A stretch of DNA of 64,000 bases from an uncultured delta proteobacterium (GCA_963728565.1 CAVSLC010000011.1:159799-223798), one strand, 5' to 3'. Shown: positions 39,285-50,262, numbered from the stretch's first letter. Translations and numbers: made by a program. Notes: generated from the letters alone by a model not told the origin.

Positions 39285-39313
39285 TTGACACTCCCGGTTG
39301 CCGTTCTTACGTT
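39285..39313 (+). promoter_or_regulatory. Sigma70-like promoter of the Hsp20 gene
   Basis: TTGACA-N17-TACGTT. Confidence 0.6.
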
Positions 39314-39347
39314 ATCCTCATTACACCGTTTAGAGAGGAGTCATCCT

Positions 39348-39791
39348 ATGGAATTGGTAACATGGACACCGTTTGAAAGCTTGAACAAGGTTCAGTCGCG
39401 GATCAACGGTTTGTTTGATGAAAATAACGGCCGCTCGCGCTTTAACACCGCAACCGGCAGAACCTGGTATCCCGCTGTCGATATTCTCGAGAGCAAAGAC
39501 GCCTATGTGCTCCGAGCCGAACTTCCAGGAATGAACAAAGAGGATTTCAACCTGGAGCTCGAGGAGGGGACATTGACGGTCACGGGCGAACGGAAGTTTA
39601 GCAAGCCCGCTGAAGGCGTCGAGTATCGCTCCGTGGAACGGGTTACCGGAAAGTTCGTAAGATCCTTCACGCTGCCTGAGAGTGTAAAGCATGACGCGAT
39701 TCAAGCCACGTACAAGGACGGTATACTCGAGGTTCAGATTCCTAAGGCCGAGGAGGCCAAGCCGCGGCAAATACAAATTAGCGTGCACTAA
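39348..39791 (+). CDS. Hsp20/alpha-crystallin small heat-shock protein
   Basis: PAVDI.E, AELPG, ER..GKF.RSF.LP, YKDGIL.V.IPK; GAGGAG RBS. Confidence 0.95.
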   Translation: MELVTWTPFESLNKVQSRINGLFDENNGRSRFNTATGRTWYPAVDILESKDAYVLRAELPGMNKEDFNLELEEGTLTVTGERKFSKPAEGVEYRSVERVTGKFVRSFTLPESVKHDAIQATYKDGILEVQIPKAEEAKPRQIQISVH

Positions 39792-39815
39792 TCTTCGAGC
39801 ACGTTCAGCAGTATT

Positions 39816-39853
39816 AAGAGGGGGGAAGCAGGTTGCTTCCCCCCTCTTGCTTT
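39816..39853 (+). terminator. Terminator hairpin
   Basis: 15-bp stem AAGAGGGGGGAAGCA/TGCTTCCCCCCTCTT. Confidence 0.8.
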
Positions 39854-39925
39854 ACGTTTGCTATCGGGCTTCAGATAGTTGCTTGTGACAATCAGCGTCG
39901 ATCAAAACATCCACCAGGCGCAACG

Positions 39926-41113
39926 TTGAGCCGCGAGTCGAAAAATTTTCTGACGATCTTACAGCCGGTATTTTTCCTGGTAGGGATTTTTCTTCTTAAC
40001 TTTACCGCCAGAATCATTCTCTCACCACTGCTTCCAACCATTGAAAACGAATTGGCGATCAGTCATGGCCAGGCCGGCTTTTTCTTCTTCCTGATTTCGG
40101 CTGGTTATCTGTTCGGGCTACTGGGCTCGGGATTTTTTGCCGCGCGCGCGACGCACAAGCTAATTATTGTTCTCTCCAGCGCGGGCGTTGGCATAGCTCT
40201 GATTGCGATTGCTTTCGCCACGAATTTATTGACTGTTCGGCTCGGCCTGCTGGCTCTCGGCGTCGCAGCCGGGCTTTACATTCCCTCGGCGATCGCGACG
40301 ATCACCTCGGTCATCAAACAAGAGCATTGGGGCAAAGCGATTGCCGTGCATGAGCTGGCGCCAAACCTGGCTCTCTTTGCCAGTCCTTTCATCGCCGAAT
40401 TATTCCTTACCTGGGCAACCTGGCGTGTGGCGCTCGGCTCACTTGGGGCAACGTCGATCATAGCCAGCCTTACCTATCAATGCTACGGCCGCGGCGGTGA
40501 ATTTGCCGGCGAGTTTCCTGGTTCGCGGGCGTTTGGCGCCCTAGTCCGGACCCCAGCATTTTGGCTCATGCTGACTTTGTTTGGTCTGGGCGTGAGTTCG
40601 ACTATCGGAGTGTACGCGATGCTGCCACTGTACCTGGTAAACGAGCGGGCGATGCACCCGAGCTGGGCTAACACGGTGGTGGCGCTTTCGCGGATTCACG
40701 GACCGATGCTCGGACTCGTCGGCGGTTGGGTATCGGACTGGCTCGGACCCAAACGAACGATCGTCGTGAGCCTGATTTTTACTGGAATCGCGACCTTGCT
40801 TCTGGGCGTCGTTTCAGGTTGGTGGACCAGCGCCGTGGTTGTAGTTCAGCCGCTTGTAGCAGTTTGGTTTTTTCCGGCTGCATTCGCCGCATTGGCGCTG
40901 ATCACCGGACCTAATGCTCGGAACCTGGCGGTCGCGTTTACTGTGCCTTTCGGGTTCATGGTGGGCGGCGGCGCGATCCCGACATTTATAGGTATGATGG
41001 GCGATGCCGGTTTGTTTGCCATGGGATTCGTCGTCGCAGGAAGCCTGATTACCTGTGGTGGTCTCCTGGCCATGCTGCTTAACTTGCCCCAAACGGCGAA
41101 AAGATTGGTTTGA
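39926..41113 (+). CDS. MFS transporter
   Basis: About 12 TMs; GGWVSDWLGPK; start uncertain. Confidence 0.88.
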   Translation: MSRESKNFLTILQPVFFLVGIFLLNFTARIILSPLLPTIENELAISHGQAGFFFFLISAGYLFGLLGSGFFAARATHKLIIVLSSAGVGIALIAIAFATNLLTVRLGLLALGVAAGLYIPSAIATITSVIKQEHWGKAIAVHELAPNLALFASPFIAELFLTWATWRVALGSLGATSIIASLTYQCYGRGGEFAGEFPGSRAFGALVRTPAFWLMLTLFGLGVSSTIGVYAMLPLYLVNERAMHPSWANTVVALSRIHGPMLGLVGGWVSDWLGPKRTIVVSLIFTGIATLLLGVVSGWWTSAVVVVQPLVAVWFFPAAFAALALITGPNARNLAVAFTVPFGFMVGGGAIPTFIGMMGDAGLFAMGFVVAGSLITCGGLLAMLLNLPQTAKRLV

Positions 41114-41154
41114 ACGCGGTTGTTTTCCGCGCCTGAGCTGTTCTATAAATTTTT

Positions 41155-41910
41155 ATGATGAACCTGGAAGAATTCGCTGGAGCAATCAGAGAGAGCCGAG
41201 AGATCGTTGTGTTCACTGGCGCCGGGATTAGCACCGAGTCCGGTATTCCCGACTTCCGTAGCCCGGGCGGGATCTGGAGCCGTTACCGGCCGGTGGGTTT
41301 TCAAGAGTTCATCAGCAGCGAGGAATCCCGCGTCGAAGCCTGGAAGCGGCGCTTGGAAACCTACGCGGTGGATCAAAATGCCAAGCCCAACATCGGCCAC
41401 TACTTCGTTCAATCGCTGAACGAAAAAGGCAAGCTCATCGGGCTGATCACGCAGAATGTTGACGGCCTGCACAGTCAATCCGGACTGCCAGAAGACAAAA
41501 TCGTCGAATTGCACGGCAGCAACCGGACTATCCGCTGTCTGGAGTGCAGTAAGGCTTATGATCCGGTCATCATCATGGAACGTTTGACCGGCAACTTCTC
41601 CTCGCCAAGATGTGATGACTGCGGTGGCATTCTGAAATCCGCGACGATCTCATTTGGCCAAGCGATGCCGGAACGAGCCATGCGCCAGGCTCAGGAATGG
41701 ACCGAGCAGGCGCGCATCTTTATCGTCATGGGCTCTTCGTTGCAAGTACAGCCGGCGGCTTCTTTTCCAGTTATCGCCCGGCGCAACGGCGCCGTTCTGG
41801 CAATCATCAACCGCGAACCAACCATGCTCGATGAATACGCAAGCTTCGCCCATCATGGCGCCATCGGGGAGTTTTGTCAGCGGTTCAATTCGATGATAGC
41901 CGACGGATGA
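41155..41910 (+). CDS. cobB: Sir2/CobB NAD-dependent protein deacylase
   Basis: TGAGISTESGIPDFR, ITQNVDGLH, ELHG, CxxC...CxxC, GSSLQV.PAA. Confidence 0.94.
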   Translation: MMNLEEFAGAIRESREIVVFTGAGISTESGIPDFRSPGGIWSRYRPVGFQEFISSEESRVEAWKRRLETYAVDQNAKPNIGHYFVQSLNEKGKLIGLITQNVDGLHSQSGLPEDKIVELHGSNRTIRCLECSKAYDPVIIMERLTGNFSSPRCDDCGGILKSATISFGQAMPERAMRQAQEWTEQARIFIVMGSSLQVQPAASFPVIARRNGAVLAIINREPTMLDEYASFAHHGAIGEFCQRFNSMIADG

Positions 41911-42113
41911 TGTGAATCATGTTGCCGACAGGACGGAATGAAAGATAGACAAGAACGGCTGGACCGCGGGATCGGAAGCTAGCTCTGGGCCGGCGCTCGG
42001 GCTTTCACATAACGAATTGTACGACCTGTCTAGCGTCTAGTGAATCCCTCCGCTCAAAAATAGCAAGTCATCGTAAAGATTGATGCCTACCACGCAGATT
42101 TAGATTGTGAGTA

Positions 42114-43838
42114 TTATGGCTGTGTAGCCCTGGCCTGAGTGCTCTCCGGCCGTATTCGCCTGAAGTACGCATGGTCTAAGTGAACGTACCCTGACATCTC
42201 CGGGTCTTTCAATGAACGTACCAGAAGAAAATTGCCCCGCTTCTGTTCTACTCGCACCTGACTTCCGGGCGGCAATGTTTTCAGTAGAGCCGACTCCATT
42301 CGAGGTTCATCAAACACCAAAGAGTCTGCGGTGACTTCGAACAGGCCTTGAAAAAATCGCTGTTCTCGCTGTGCTCTCGGTGGCTTTGCTGCAGTCGGTT
42401 GGTTCGGCCAGTACTGCGGACCTCTCGCTCTTTGCAGTTGAGGATCCGGCTGAGCTTGTACAGGCCGGCGATCTGTAGGCTCGTACCTTCCCGCGGCTGC
42501 AATAGCGTCGTCGGGCGCAACGCCCTTTTTAGGCGGAGCCGGCGCTATTTTATCCTCAACACTCCGGATGGTGGGACCCGCGGTTGTTTGAGGGTCGTCA
42601 AGATATTTTGATCGATCCTTCGGGAACCTGGTACCTGACGAATCAGGAGCTCTCTCCTTGTTGTTCATCAGAATGCGGCTTACTTCCATCTTTAACTGAC
42701 CGAAATCGGCCCAACCATCTTCAGGATTATCACGACCCTCTTGCGGCCTTGACTGGACCAGAACGCGGTTGTTCGCATCGGCGCTGAAGAACTGTCCGGC
42801 GCCGGCCCCGATCCTTGAGACCAGATTCTTGCCTTGATCATATAGCAGCGAGCTAATGCCGGTTAAGAGACCAAAGACCAATAGAACTCCGAAACCCGCC
42901 GCTAGGGTCCTGCTTGCGTACCGCCGGCCCAAGAACTCTGGCCTGAAGAGATTTGTATCACTTGACAGCGCAGTCGCATCACTCTGAGGCGGCGTCTGGC
43001 CTGCTAAGCCCGACGTAATCTGTGCCGGCCGTGTTTTGACGTGGAGATCTTCAGCGACTTCATCAACGATAGCGGCTGAAACTCTCTTTTTAGAAACTCC
43101 CAGTGCGATAAGCAGAGCATTATCACAAATGATATTGATGAGCCGAGGAATACCGGCTGAGTAAAGAACTATTCTCTTAACTGCAAGTGGATCAAACAAT
43201 TGTTTGCCTTGATATCCGGCTTGGCGCAGCCTGAAATCAATGTAGCGGCCGACTTCGTCCGGTGTCAGCGGCGCAAGAGTCTGGTGCAGCGAAACGCGCC
43301 GCTTCAGGTTGGCGAGTTCTGGGTGGTTGAGCTTTTGCTCGAGCTCCGGTTGCCCGATCAGAATAACTTGCACCAGCTTTTTGTCATCACTGTCGAGATT
43401 AGATAGCCGCAGCAACTGGTTGAGGACATCGAGGCTAATCGTCTGTGCTTCATCGAGAAAAACGGCAAGGTTGCTGCTCCGCGCCGTTTGCGCCGCGTAG
43501 TTATTAAATCGCTCCAGCAACTCGGCCTCGCTATCTGCTGACGAGAGCACCCCGAGATCACGCAAGGCACAGCGAAGCAGCTCGGCAAAACTGAAACTGG
43601 GGTTTAGGATCACCGCGCTCTGCAACGCCGGATCCAAATTACCTTGCAGGAAGGTGGTCAGCAGAGTGGTTTTTCCGGTGCCGATTTCGCCAGTAATCAC
43701 GATCAGACCGCGGCGCGAATTGATGCCCTCGCGCAATGCGGCATAAGCATTTCGATGCGCGGGATTGCTGAAAAGAAATTGCGGCTCCGGCGTAACGCGG
43801 AATGGAAGGTCGCTCAGGCCAAAGTAGTCTTGGTACAT
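42114..43838 (-). CDS. ExeA/GspA-family AAA ATPase with TM and C-terminal SH3-like domain
   Basis: GEIGTGKTT, FLDEAQ, GIPRLINIICDNAL; C-terminal L.PG.QV.V...GNFL.V...GYV. Confidence 0.87.
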   Translation of the reverse strand: MYQDYFGLSDLPFRVTPEPQFLFSNPAHRNAYAALREGINSRRGLIVITGEIGTGKTTLLTTFLQGNLDPALQSAVILNPSFSFAELLRCALRDLGVLSSADSEAELLERFNNYAAQTARSSNLAVFLDEAQTISLDVLNQLLRLSNLDSDDKKLVQVILIGQPELEQKLNHPELANLKRRVSLHQTLAPLTPDEVGRYIDFRLRQAGYQGKQLFDPLAVKRIVLYSAGIPRLINIICDNALLIALGVSKKRVSAAIVDEVAEDLHVKTRPAQITSGLAGQTPPQSDATALSSDTNLFRPEFLGRRYASRTLAAGFGVLLVFGLLTGISSLLYDQGKNLVSRIGAGAGQFFSADANNRVLVQSRPQEGRDNPEDGWADFGQLKMEVSRILMNNKERAPDSSGTRFPKDRSKYLDDPQTTAGPTIRSVEDKIAPAPPKKGVAPDDAIAAAGRYEPTDRRPVQAQPDPQLQRARGPQYWPNQPTAAKPPRAQREQRFFQGLFEVTADSLVFDEPRMESALLKTLPPGSQVRVEQKRGNFLLVRSLKDPEMSGYVHLDHAYFRRIRPESTQARATQP

Positions 43839-44101
43839 AATGCCAGTCCTCAAGGATGTAGAACTACGAGTCCGTACGAAACGAGCATTGCTAGAATGCG
43901 CTCAATTTCAATCTAGCATGGAGCGGGATAGCAAAAACATACCCTGCTTGGAATAAGGGATTTGTTCGCAGATTTTGCAAAAACTCCGCACGTTGATCAT
44001 CGACCAAAACAAGCCGAATCGGGTATTTAGAGGAACATCCTGAGAGTTTACTTGAACGCTTGCCGGTCTGGTGTGTAAGCTGACGCTGGCAGCTGCCGAG
44101 C

Positions 44102-45115
44102 TTACTTACTGTATTGTCGATTCATCTCTTCTAAAAATCCGGCGGCTTCAAGCTCGTTGATGAAACGCGCTTCGATAAACCCTTCCGGACTGGTGTTAGT
44201 GGCAAGTTCCGAACCGGTGCGCGACAGTAAATAAAGCATCGATTTCACCACGCGCACCTGCGGAGCCGGCTTGGTCGTGAGCTTTTCTTTATAGTGACCA
44301 TAAATCGCATTTAGAACCTCGCTATCCTGAGTTGCCACGTATTTTTTCAATACACCGAGACTGAACTCCGGCTTGGCTTTTAATAAATAGATTCCTTCGA
44401 TCCAGCCTCTCAAAAAGTTGAGCGTAATTTCGGAGTTTTTGTTGACATAGGCTCGTCGTATAAGAATACCCGATCCGGAAATCTCCAGGGGTAGTTTGGA
44501 ATAGTCGATGAGTTGTTTAAATCCCATTCTGGTGGCGGTTAGCGTCTGTACGCCGGCGATGATGGCGCCATGGATTCGGCCGGTTTGCAGCCCGCTCAGG
44601 CGCGCGCCTAAATCGCCTACCGGAATGATGGTTACCTCCTTCTCCGAGACACCGTTCAGGCGCAGACCTTCACGCAAGAGGATGTCGGTCAGTGAGCCTG
44701 AGGTGCTCATGCCAAGTATTTTGCCCCGGAGTTGTTCGACACTCGTGATGTTTTTTTGCACGACCAGCGAATGCTCGAGTTGATTCATCGGCGATGCAAT
44801 CATGGCGGTGTCGGCGCCGCGCTGATAAGCCTCCAGAGCAGGCATACCGGAGTGATTAACAAATTGTACGCTACCGCCGATCAACGACATGATGCTGCGC
44901 GGGCCGCCTGAGATATACACCAGGTTCAGATCCAACCCGTGTTTTTCGAACAGTCGCGCCTCTTTAGCAACCCAAATCGGCAGCATCGAACCGGAAATAG
45001 CGCCGTAGCTGGCGTTGACCTTCTCCAGGGGCGCGGCAGCCAGTTTTGCAAAAGAGAATGTGATCGCTATCAAAAAGCCCAAGACAGTTGTCGAAACACG
45101 AATTGCGTTGGTCAT
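44102..45115 (-). CDS. NitT/TauT (SsuA/THI5-like) substrate-binding protein
   Basis: Signal peptide, WVAKEA.LFEKHGLD, LRGK.LG, FINELE..GF. Confidence 0.9.
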   Translation of the reverse strand: MTNAIRVSTTVLGFLIAITFSFAKLAAAPLEKVNASYGAISGSMLPIWVAKEARLFEKHGLDLNLVYISGGPRSIMSLIGGSVQFVNHSGMPALEAYQRGADTAMIASPMNQLEHSLVVQKNITSVEQLRGKILGMSTSGSLTDILLREGLRLNGVSEKEVTIIPVGDLGARLSGLQTGRIHGAIIAGVQTLTATRMGFKQLIDYSKLPLEISGSGILIRRAYVNKNSEITLNFLRGWIEGIYLLKAKPEFSLGVLKKYVATQDSEVLNAIYGHYKEKLTTKPAPQVRVVKSMLYLLSRTGSELATNTSPEGFIEARFINELEAAGFLEEMNRQYSK

Positions 45116-45180
45116 ACTAACCCCCTGCTATCATTCTCCGCCCAGTGCGCGCGCAATGATGTCTTGCTTGGAGCGATATA

Positions 45181-46692
45181 TCAGACTGTGATCGACGCCA
45201 GCTTGCCGCGATCAATCTTGCCCAGGCCGGTTCGCGGCAAGCTAGCGATGAACTCGATCACCTTCGGTGCCTTATAGGAAGCGAGAGATGTCTTGCAGAA
45301 TGAGATCAGAGAATCGGCATCGCAGTCTGCCCCTGCGTTGAGAACCACAAAGGCTTTCACCGCCTCACCCCATTCGGAACTTTTGAAGCCGATCACCGCC
45401 ACATCGGCAACTTGAGGATGTTTGCGCAGCGCGTCCTCTATCTCTTCCGGAAATACGCTAATGCCGCCGCTCTTGATCATGTTTTTCTTACGCCCGGAAA
45501 CCGTCAGATAGCCTTTCTCGTCGTAGAAACCGATATCTCCGGTATGACACCAGCCGCCTCTGAAGAACTCTTCGGTTGCATGGGCATTGTTGTCGTAGCC
45601 CTGGATGGCCAATGGAGTGCGCACGCAGATTTCTCCTTCTTGCCGGCGCGGAAGTTCTCGCTGATCATCGCCGGCAATCTTGAGCAAGACGCACCAGATC
45701 GGCTTACCGACGCTTTCCGCGGCGACATTACGGTCTTCCGGCCCGATGATGGTGATCTGGCCGCAGTCGGTTGAGGCATACGCCTCGTAAAGGTGCGGGC
45801 ATATTCGCTCCATAACTTCGTTTGCCAAGTCACGCGAGAGATGGCCTCCGGTGATGCCTAAATACCGCAAGGTCGATTTATCGAACTTGTCCAGATCGGG
45901 GTAGCGCAGTAATCGGTCGCAGAGTGTTGGAACGAGCATCGTGTAGGTGATGCGTTCGTTCTGGACGGCGCTGAGAAACTTTTCTTCATGAAACCGTTCA
46001 TGGAGAAATACGGTACCGCCGAGATAAAGCATGCCCATCATCGATCCGCGGCCGGCATTAAAGTGCAGCGGCAAGGCAATCAGAGCGCGCTGGTCATCGC
46101 TCAAGCCCTTGGTGATGGCATTATTGATGGAGCGCAGCGCGTAAGTTTCGTGATTGATCTGGCAGCCCTTCGGGAAACCGGTTGTGCCAGACGTGATCAT
46201 GATCAGAAATAGATCCTTGCCGTCGATGGCAATCTCAGGATCATCGGCGGAAACGGAAGCCAATGCCTGCTCATACGGCGTATTACGGTGGGCGCTTAGG
46301 CTGCCGATGGCCAGAAGCTTATTGGCATCCATGTGTTCGCTGGCTAGGGCGCACAGATCTTGGGTTTCCTCGCGGCCTTCGAGAACAAATGCGCTTGGCT
46401 CAAAAAATTTCACCATCGCGGCGCATTCCTCGGCGCTCCAGTTGTAATCGAAAGGAACCGCGATGGCGCCGATCTTCGCAATACCAAATAGCATCTCGAA
46501 ATGCTCGGATCGGCTGCCGCAGGACACTGCCACTCGATCGCCTCTGCGAATTCCTTGCTTGACCAGATAATTGCCGAGGCGATTTGTGCGCAGGTGAAGA
46601 TCGAGGTGGGTGATCGATTTGTTTTGATCTACGATCGCAGGTTTGTCTGGGAAGTGTTGCGCGTTACGCGGGAGGGCTTCGCCGATGATCAT
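45181..46692 (-). CDS. Acyl-CoA synthetase (AMP-forming)
   Basis: TSGTTGFPKG, YASTD, HTGDIG, GRKKNMIKSGG, PRTGLGKI. Confidence 0.94.
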   Translation of the reverse strand: MIIGEALPRNAQHFPDKPAIVDQNKSITHLDLHLRTNRLGNYLVKQGIRRGDRVAVSCGSRSEHFEMLFGIAKIGAIAVPFDYNWSAEECAAMVKFFEPSAFVLEGREETQDLCALASEHMDANKLLAIGSLSAHRNTPYEQALASVSADDPEIAIDGKDLFLIMITSGTTGFPKGCQINHETYALRSINNAITKGLSDDQRALIALPLHFNAGRGSMMGMLYLGGTVFLHERFHEEKFLSAVQNERITYTMLVPTLCDRLLRYPDLDKFDKSTLRYLGITGGHLSRDLANEVMERICPHLYEAYASTDCGQITIIGPEDRNVAAESVGKPIWCVLLKIAGDDQRELPRRQEGEICVRTPLAIQGYDNNAHATEEFFRGGWCHTGDIGFYDEKGYLTVSGRKKNMIKSGGISVFPEEIEDALRKHPQVADVAVIGFKSSEWGEAVKAFVVLNAGADCDADSLISFCKTSLASYKAPKVIEFIASLPRTGLGKIDRGKLASITV

Positions 46693-46699
46693 GTCCCGG

Positions 46700-47701
46700 C
46701 TAATTCTTCCATACGGAATCGATAAAGCCGGTTTTTTCTAATTCCCGGATAAAGCTTGAATCGACCACATTGGCGGGATCGAATGTCTTGGCCCGGGGGT
46801 CACGCGCTTCCAAGGTTTTGAGCATGAACTCGATGCCTTTCATGTTGACGTATGGAACGCGGTCCTGGTAGCGGGTGACGACTTCGTAGGTCGGGTTGAG
46901 CACGTTGGGGTCGCGGTTTTGCGCGAAATCAGCGGTGACCTTGAGTACGAACTCTTTATTCTCTTTGTAATAGCGCAGCCCCTCGACAAAAGTTTTCATT
47001 ACCCTCATTACAGTGTCGCGATGGGATTTTATGTAAGTCTTGGTGGTGGCAAAGCAACTGCCCGGGTTATAGAGACCTAGCGTGCTCATATCGATGAGCG
47101 GATTGAGCCCGAGTCTTTCGGCGGCGATGTCTTGCGGCGGAATGAACGTCGAGCCCTGGATCACGCCTTTGCTCAAAGCTGCCAAGCGCGTTGGCGCGCC
47201 GCCGACGGCGACGACGGCGAAGTCGCGATCGGGAATCAAGCCGCGGTCGCGGAGTATGAAGCGGACGACGCTATCCTCCTGGGAGCCAATGGTCGTGACG
47301 CCCAGTGTTTTGCCCTTGAGATCATTGATCGTTTTTATGTTTGGCGTTGTGAAAAAGCGCCAGTAAAGCGTATTGATGCCGCAGGCGAGATAGACCGTGT
47401 CGGCGCCGCCGACGGCGGATGCGATCAGCGCGGCGCCGCCGAGAAACGCCATGGGCACCTGGCCGGACACCATCGCAGTCGTCAGCACCGGGCTGCCTTG
47501 AATGTAAACGAGATCGACGTCGAGACCGTTCTTCCTGAACAACCCCGCTTTGCGCATCACTTCGATGATGCCGAGCGAGGCCACCGGAGCAGGATAGCCG
47601 ATCACGAGCTTTTCCAGTTTCTGCGCGTGAAGGATCTTGAAGTTGCTTGCCAGGATGCACAACAGGCAGAGGACAGATCTGCAAAGAAATCCCATTTTCA
47701 T
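46700..47701 (-). CDS. NitT/TauT substrate-binding protein
   Basis: GLFRKNGLDVDL, DLKGKTLG, VDSSFIRELEKTGF. Confidence 0.9.
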   Translation of the reverse strand: MKMGFLCRSVLCLLCILASNFKILHAQKLEKLVIGYPAPVASLGIIEVMRKAGLFRKNGLDVDLVYIQGSPVLTTAMVSGQVPMAFLGGAALIASAVGGADTVYLACGINTLYWRFFTTPNIKTINDLKGKTLGVTTIGSQEDSVVRFILRDRGLIPDRDFAVVAVGGAPTRLAALSKGVIQGSTFIPPQDIAAERLGLNPLIDMSTLGLYNPGSCFATTKTYIKSHRDTVMRVMKTFVEGLRYYKENKEFVLKVTADFAQNRDPNVLNPTYEVVTRYQDRVPYVNMKGIEFMLKTLEARDPRAKTFDPANVVDSSFIRELEKTGFIDSVWKN

Positions 47702-48687
47702 TTTCCCGCTTTTTTACGCTCATCGTTGAGCGCGCGCAAGATAGTGAAATCGTAAACGCTTTCCGGCATGATTTCTTTTTCTACCTTAAGTTGCTTGCGC
47801 TGAAAAGTTACGATTTTTTCCTGGAGCTCGCGCGAAACGGTGCCATCGAGTGTGTAGCTCTTGAGCGTTGCCTTATAAATCCCGAGCGCGTCGTCGGGGG
47901 AAATCTTGAACCCTTCGGCCATGCGTCCGACGGCTTCTTTCTCATTGGTGCGAAACCAGAGCAGCGCCCTCAGCGTGCCACGGAGAAAACGTCGAACCAG
48001 ATCCGGCTTTTCCTTAAGCATTCGTTCGGTGAGCGCCGCGCCGCCTGAGACGATGTTCAGATCGTAATCGCCATAGAAAAAAAGCTCGTTCAGCCCCTGC
48101 TTGCGTGCGACAAGGCTCTCTGTGGGGTTTGTGATCGCGGCGTCGAGACTGCCGCCGATCAAGGCTGCTAGACGCACTGCGCCGGTCCCGGTTCCTTGAA
48201 TGACCACATCTTTGCGCGGATCGATACCGTTCATTGCCAGGATCTCACGGGTCATTTGATCGGTGTTGGCGCCGAGGCTCGAAACGCCCACCAGTTTGCC
48301 ACCCTTTAAATCCTGTACGCGCCTGATTTTTTTGCTGCCGAAAAACCAGAAAAGCGGCTTGGTGTCGAAAACCATGACATTTTTTAGCGGCGCGCCATGC
48401 AGAATCGCCGCCGAGGTTTGGCCGAGAATTTGGCTGAAGTCAAAACTTCCGCCAACTAGACCCTGAATGCCCGCCTGCGAGGTTGCGGCGATCGTCAGAA
48501 CGTTCAAATTTTCTTCTTTATAGAAGCCTTTTTCCTGAGCGATTTTGTAGATGAGGACATTGGCGCTGGTGCTGCCGGACGTGTGAACCTTCACGTCCTC
48601 GAGAGCCATCGACGGCCGGGCGTGCAGGAAGGACCACGTCAGAACAGCCGCAACAGCGGGCACGACAGCAACAAGTCTAGGTGCCAT
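47698..48687 (-). CDS. NitT/TauT substrate-binding protein
   Basis: IAQEKGFYKEENL, DLKGGK.VG, RLAAL..G..DA; ATG 48687. Confidence 0.88.
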   Translation of the reverse strand: MAPRLVAVVPAVAAVLTWSFLHARPSMALEDVKVHTSGSTSANVLIYKIAQEKGFYKEENLNVLTIAATSQAGIQGLVGGSFDFSQILGQTSAAILHGAPLKNVMVFDTKPLFWFFGSKKIRRVQDLKGGKLVGVSSLGANTDQMTREILAMNGIDPRKDVVIQGTGTGAVRLAALIGGSLDAAITNPTESLVARKQGLNELFFYGDYDLNIVSGGAALTERMLKEKPDLVRRFLRGTLRALLWFRTNEKEAVGRMAEGFKISPDDALGIYKATLKSYTLDGTVSRELQEKIVTFQRKQLKVEKEIMPESVYDFTILRALNDERKKAGK

Positions 48688-48703
48688 GGGATTTTTATGA
48701 TTC

Positions 48704-50262
48704 CTATTTAGTAGCTTCTTCGGGTTCTCGCCCGGCAGCGGCCGCCGCCGCCGCGTTGCGCAATTCCTCGGGCCAGTGACCAAGCTCGTATCCGTGCCAC
48801 GGAGATTTCGGTTTGAGTTGCGGCAATCCCAATTCGTCCCACAACCGCCGCGCGCTCTCCATGTACTCTTTAGCCGGCAGAGCGACGGGCGGGTAGTTCC
48901 ATTTTTTTAGCGCATTGATGAGCAGGGCCGAGGAGCCGTGCGGCTCGGGATAGTGGTGATGCCAACCCGGCTGGGTGGGTGAAACCGCGGACGGATCCAT
49001 CATCGGTCGCCTACCGGTTACGGCTTGGATATCGCGGTGCGGCTGGACCCGAAAAACCAGCGCCCACATGACCGCGTCGAGATCGTGCGGATCGATATCT
49101 TCGTCGACGACAATGAATATCTTGCCGATGCCCGGAGTCAAGCTGGCGGCGGAATTTAGGGCTTGCCAGGCATGGGCCGGTTGGCGGGCTTTGAGTTGGA
49201 TAACGAAAAGCCCCCAACCGCCGCTTTCTTCATGAATCGCGACCTGCTTGATACCGCTCATGCCGACGCTTTCTTTCAGGCCGTGGTAGAAGATTGCTTC
49301 CGTGGAGATCTGCTTCAATTTGCTTCCTTCACAGGGCGGATGAGCTGCCACGAGGTCGAGCAAAATTGGATTTCTGCGCTGCGTGATATGCTTGACGATA
49401 AAGCGCGGATATCGGCCGCGCCCGGCCATGTAACCGGAGAATTCTCCGAACGGCCAGTTATGATCCATCTCGTCGGGAGAAATCGCGCCTTCGAGAATCA
49501 TTTCGGCGTGCGCCGGCACGTAAAGATCGGCGGTGCGGCAGCGAACCAGCGCTAGCGGCTTGCCGGCGATCGCTCCCGCGACGGCATACTCATCGACGCC
49601 GTAGGGAAAAGTAGAAGCGGCGGCGTAGATCAAATTCGGCGTCGGCCCGATCACCACGGCGGCTTTGAGCGGCACGTTTTTCTCGCGCGCTTTGTCCAAA
49701 TGAATGCGTGAATCTTTGCCGGCGCCTAGGCCGACGGAAATTTTTCCGCCGTGGCGAATGTAGCCGCTATAAATGCCGACGTTGCGTTGTCCGGTTTCCG
49801 GATCGGCGGTGACCCAGAGAGCCGCGGTCAAGCGCAGCGAACTGTCAAAGCCGGGATTCCCCAGTGGAACCGGAATGCCATCCACAGCATCATCGAGGCC
49901 GCTGTCGAGGTCGATCTCCTGGACCGGGCCCTCCGGCACGATGACGGGGTCGATGGGATTTTTCTGTGCATTGATCCAGCGATCGAAGATCTCTTCCTCT
50001 CGGCAGCCCATGCCCAAGGCGTAAATCGCGCGTGAAGAGGCGCAGGCCCCGGATAAAACCGACATCTTGTATTTGCGGCCGGTGACGCTCGCAACTTCTC
50101 AAATAGAAACGCGCGCCGCTCGTTTTCCGGGAGGCCGCGGAATTGCCAGCGCACCAGTGGGTGGAGCTCGGTCTCGCGGCAAACTTCACGCTGGATGCGA
50201 AAAAGCTTTTCGCGGCTTTCCAATGTCTGAACGTATTCTCTGAGACTCGGGTAATAGCCCAC
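48704..50262 (-). CDS. UbiD-family (prFMN-dependent) decarboxylase (frameshift near 50085)
   Basis: N-terminus GYYPSLREYV..LE...L..I..EV..ETELHPLVRWQFRGL read from GTG 50262; DPETGQRNVG, VPAHAE.ILEG, PFGE.SGY, IVVDEDIDP.D...V.WA. Confidence 0.88.

Noticed and set aside
41155-41910. Sir2 as an anti-phage effector paired with the TIR gene (Thoeris-like)
   Set aside because: It is a canonical zinc-binding CobB-type deacylase in a housekeeping context, over 6 kb from the TIR gene, with no Macro/SLOG fusion.
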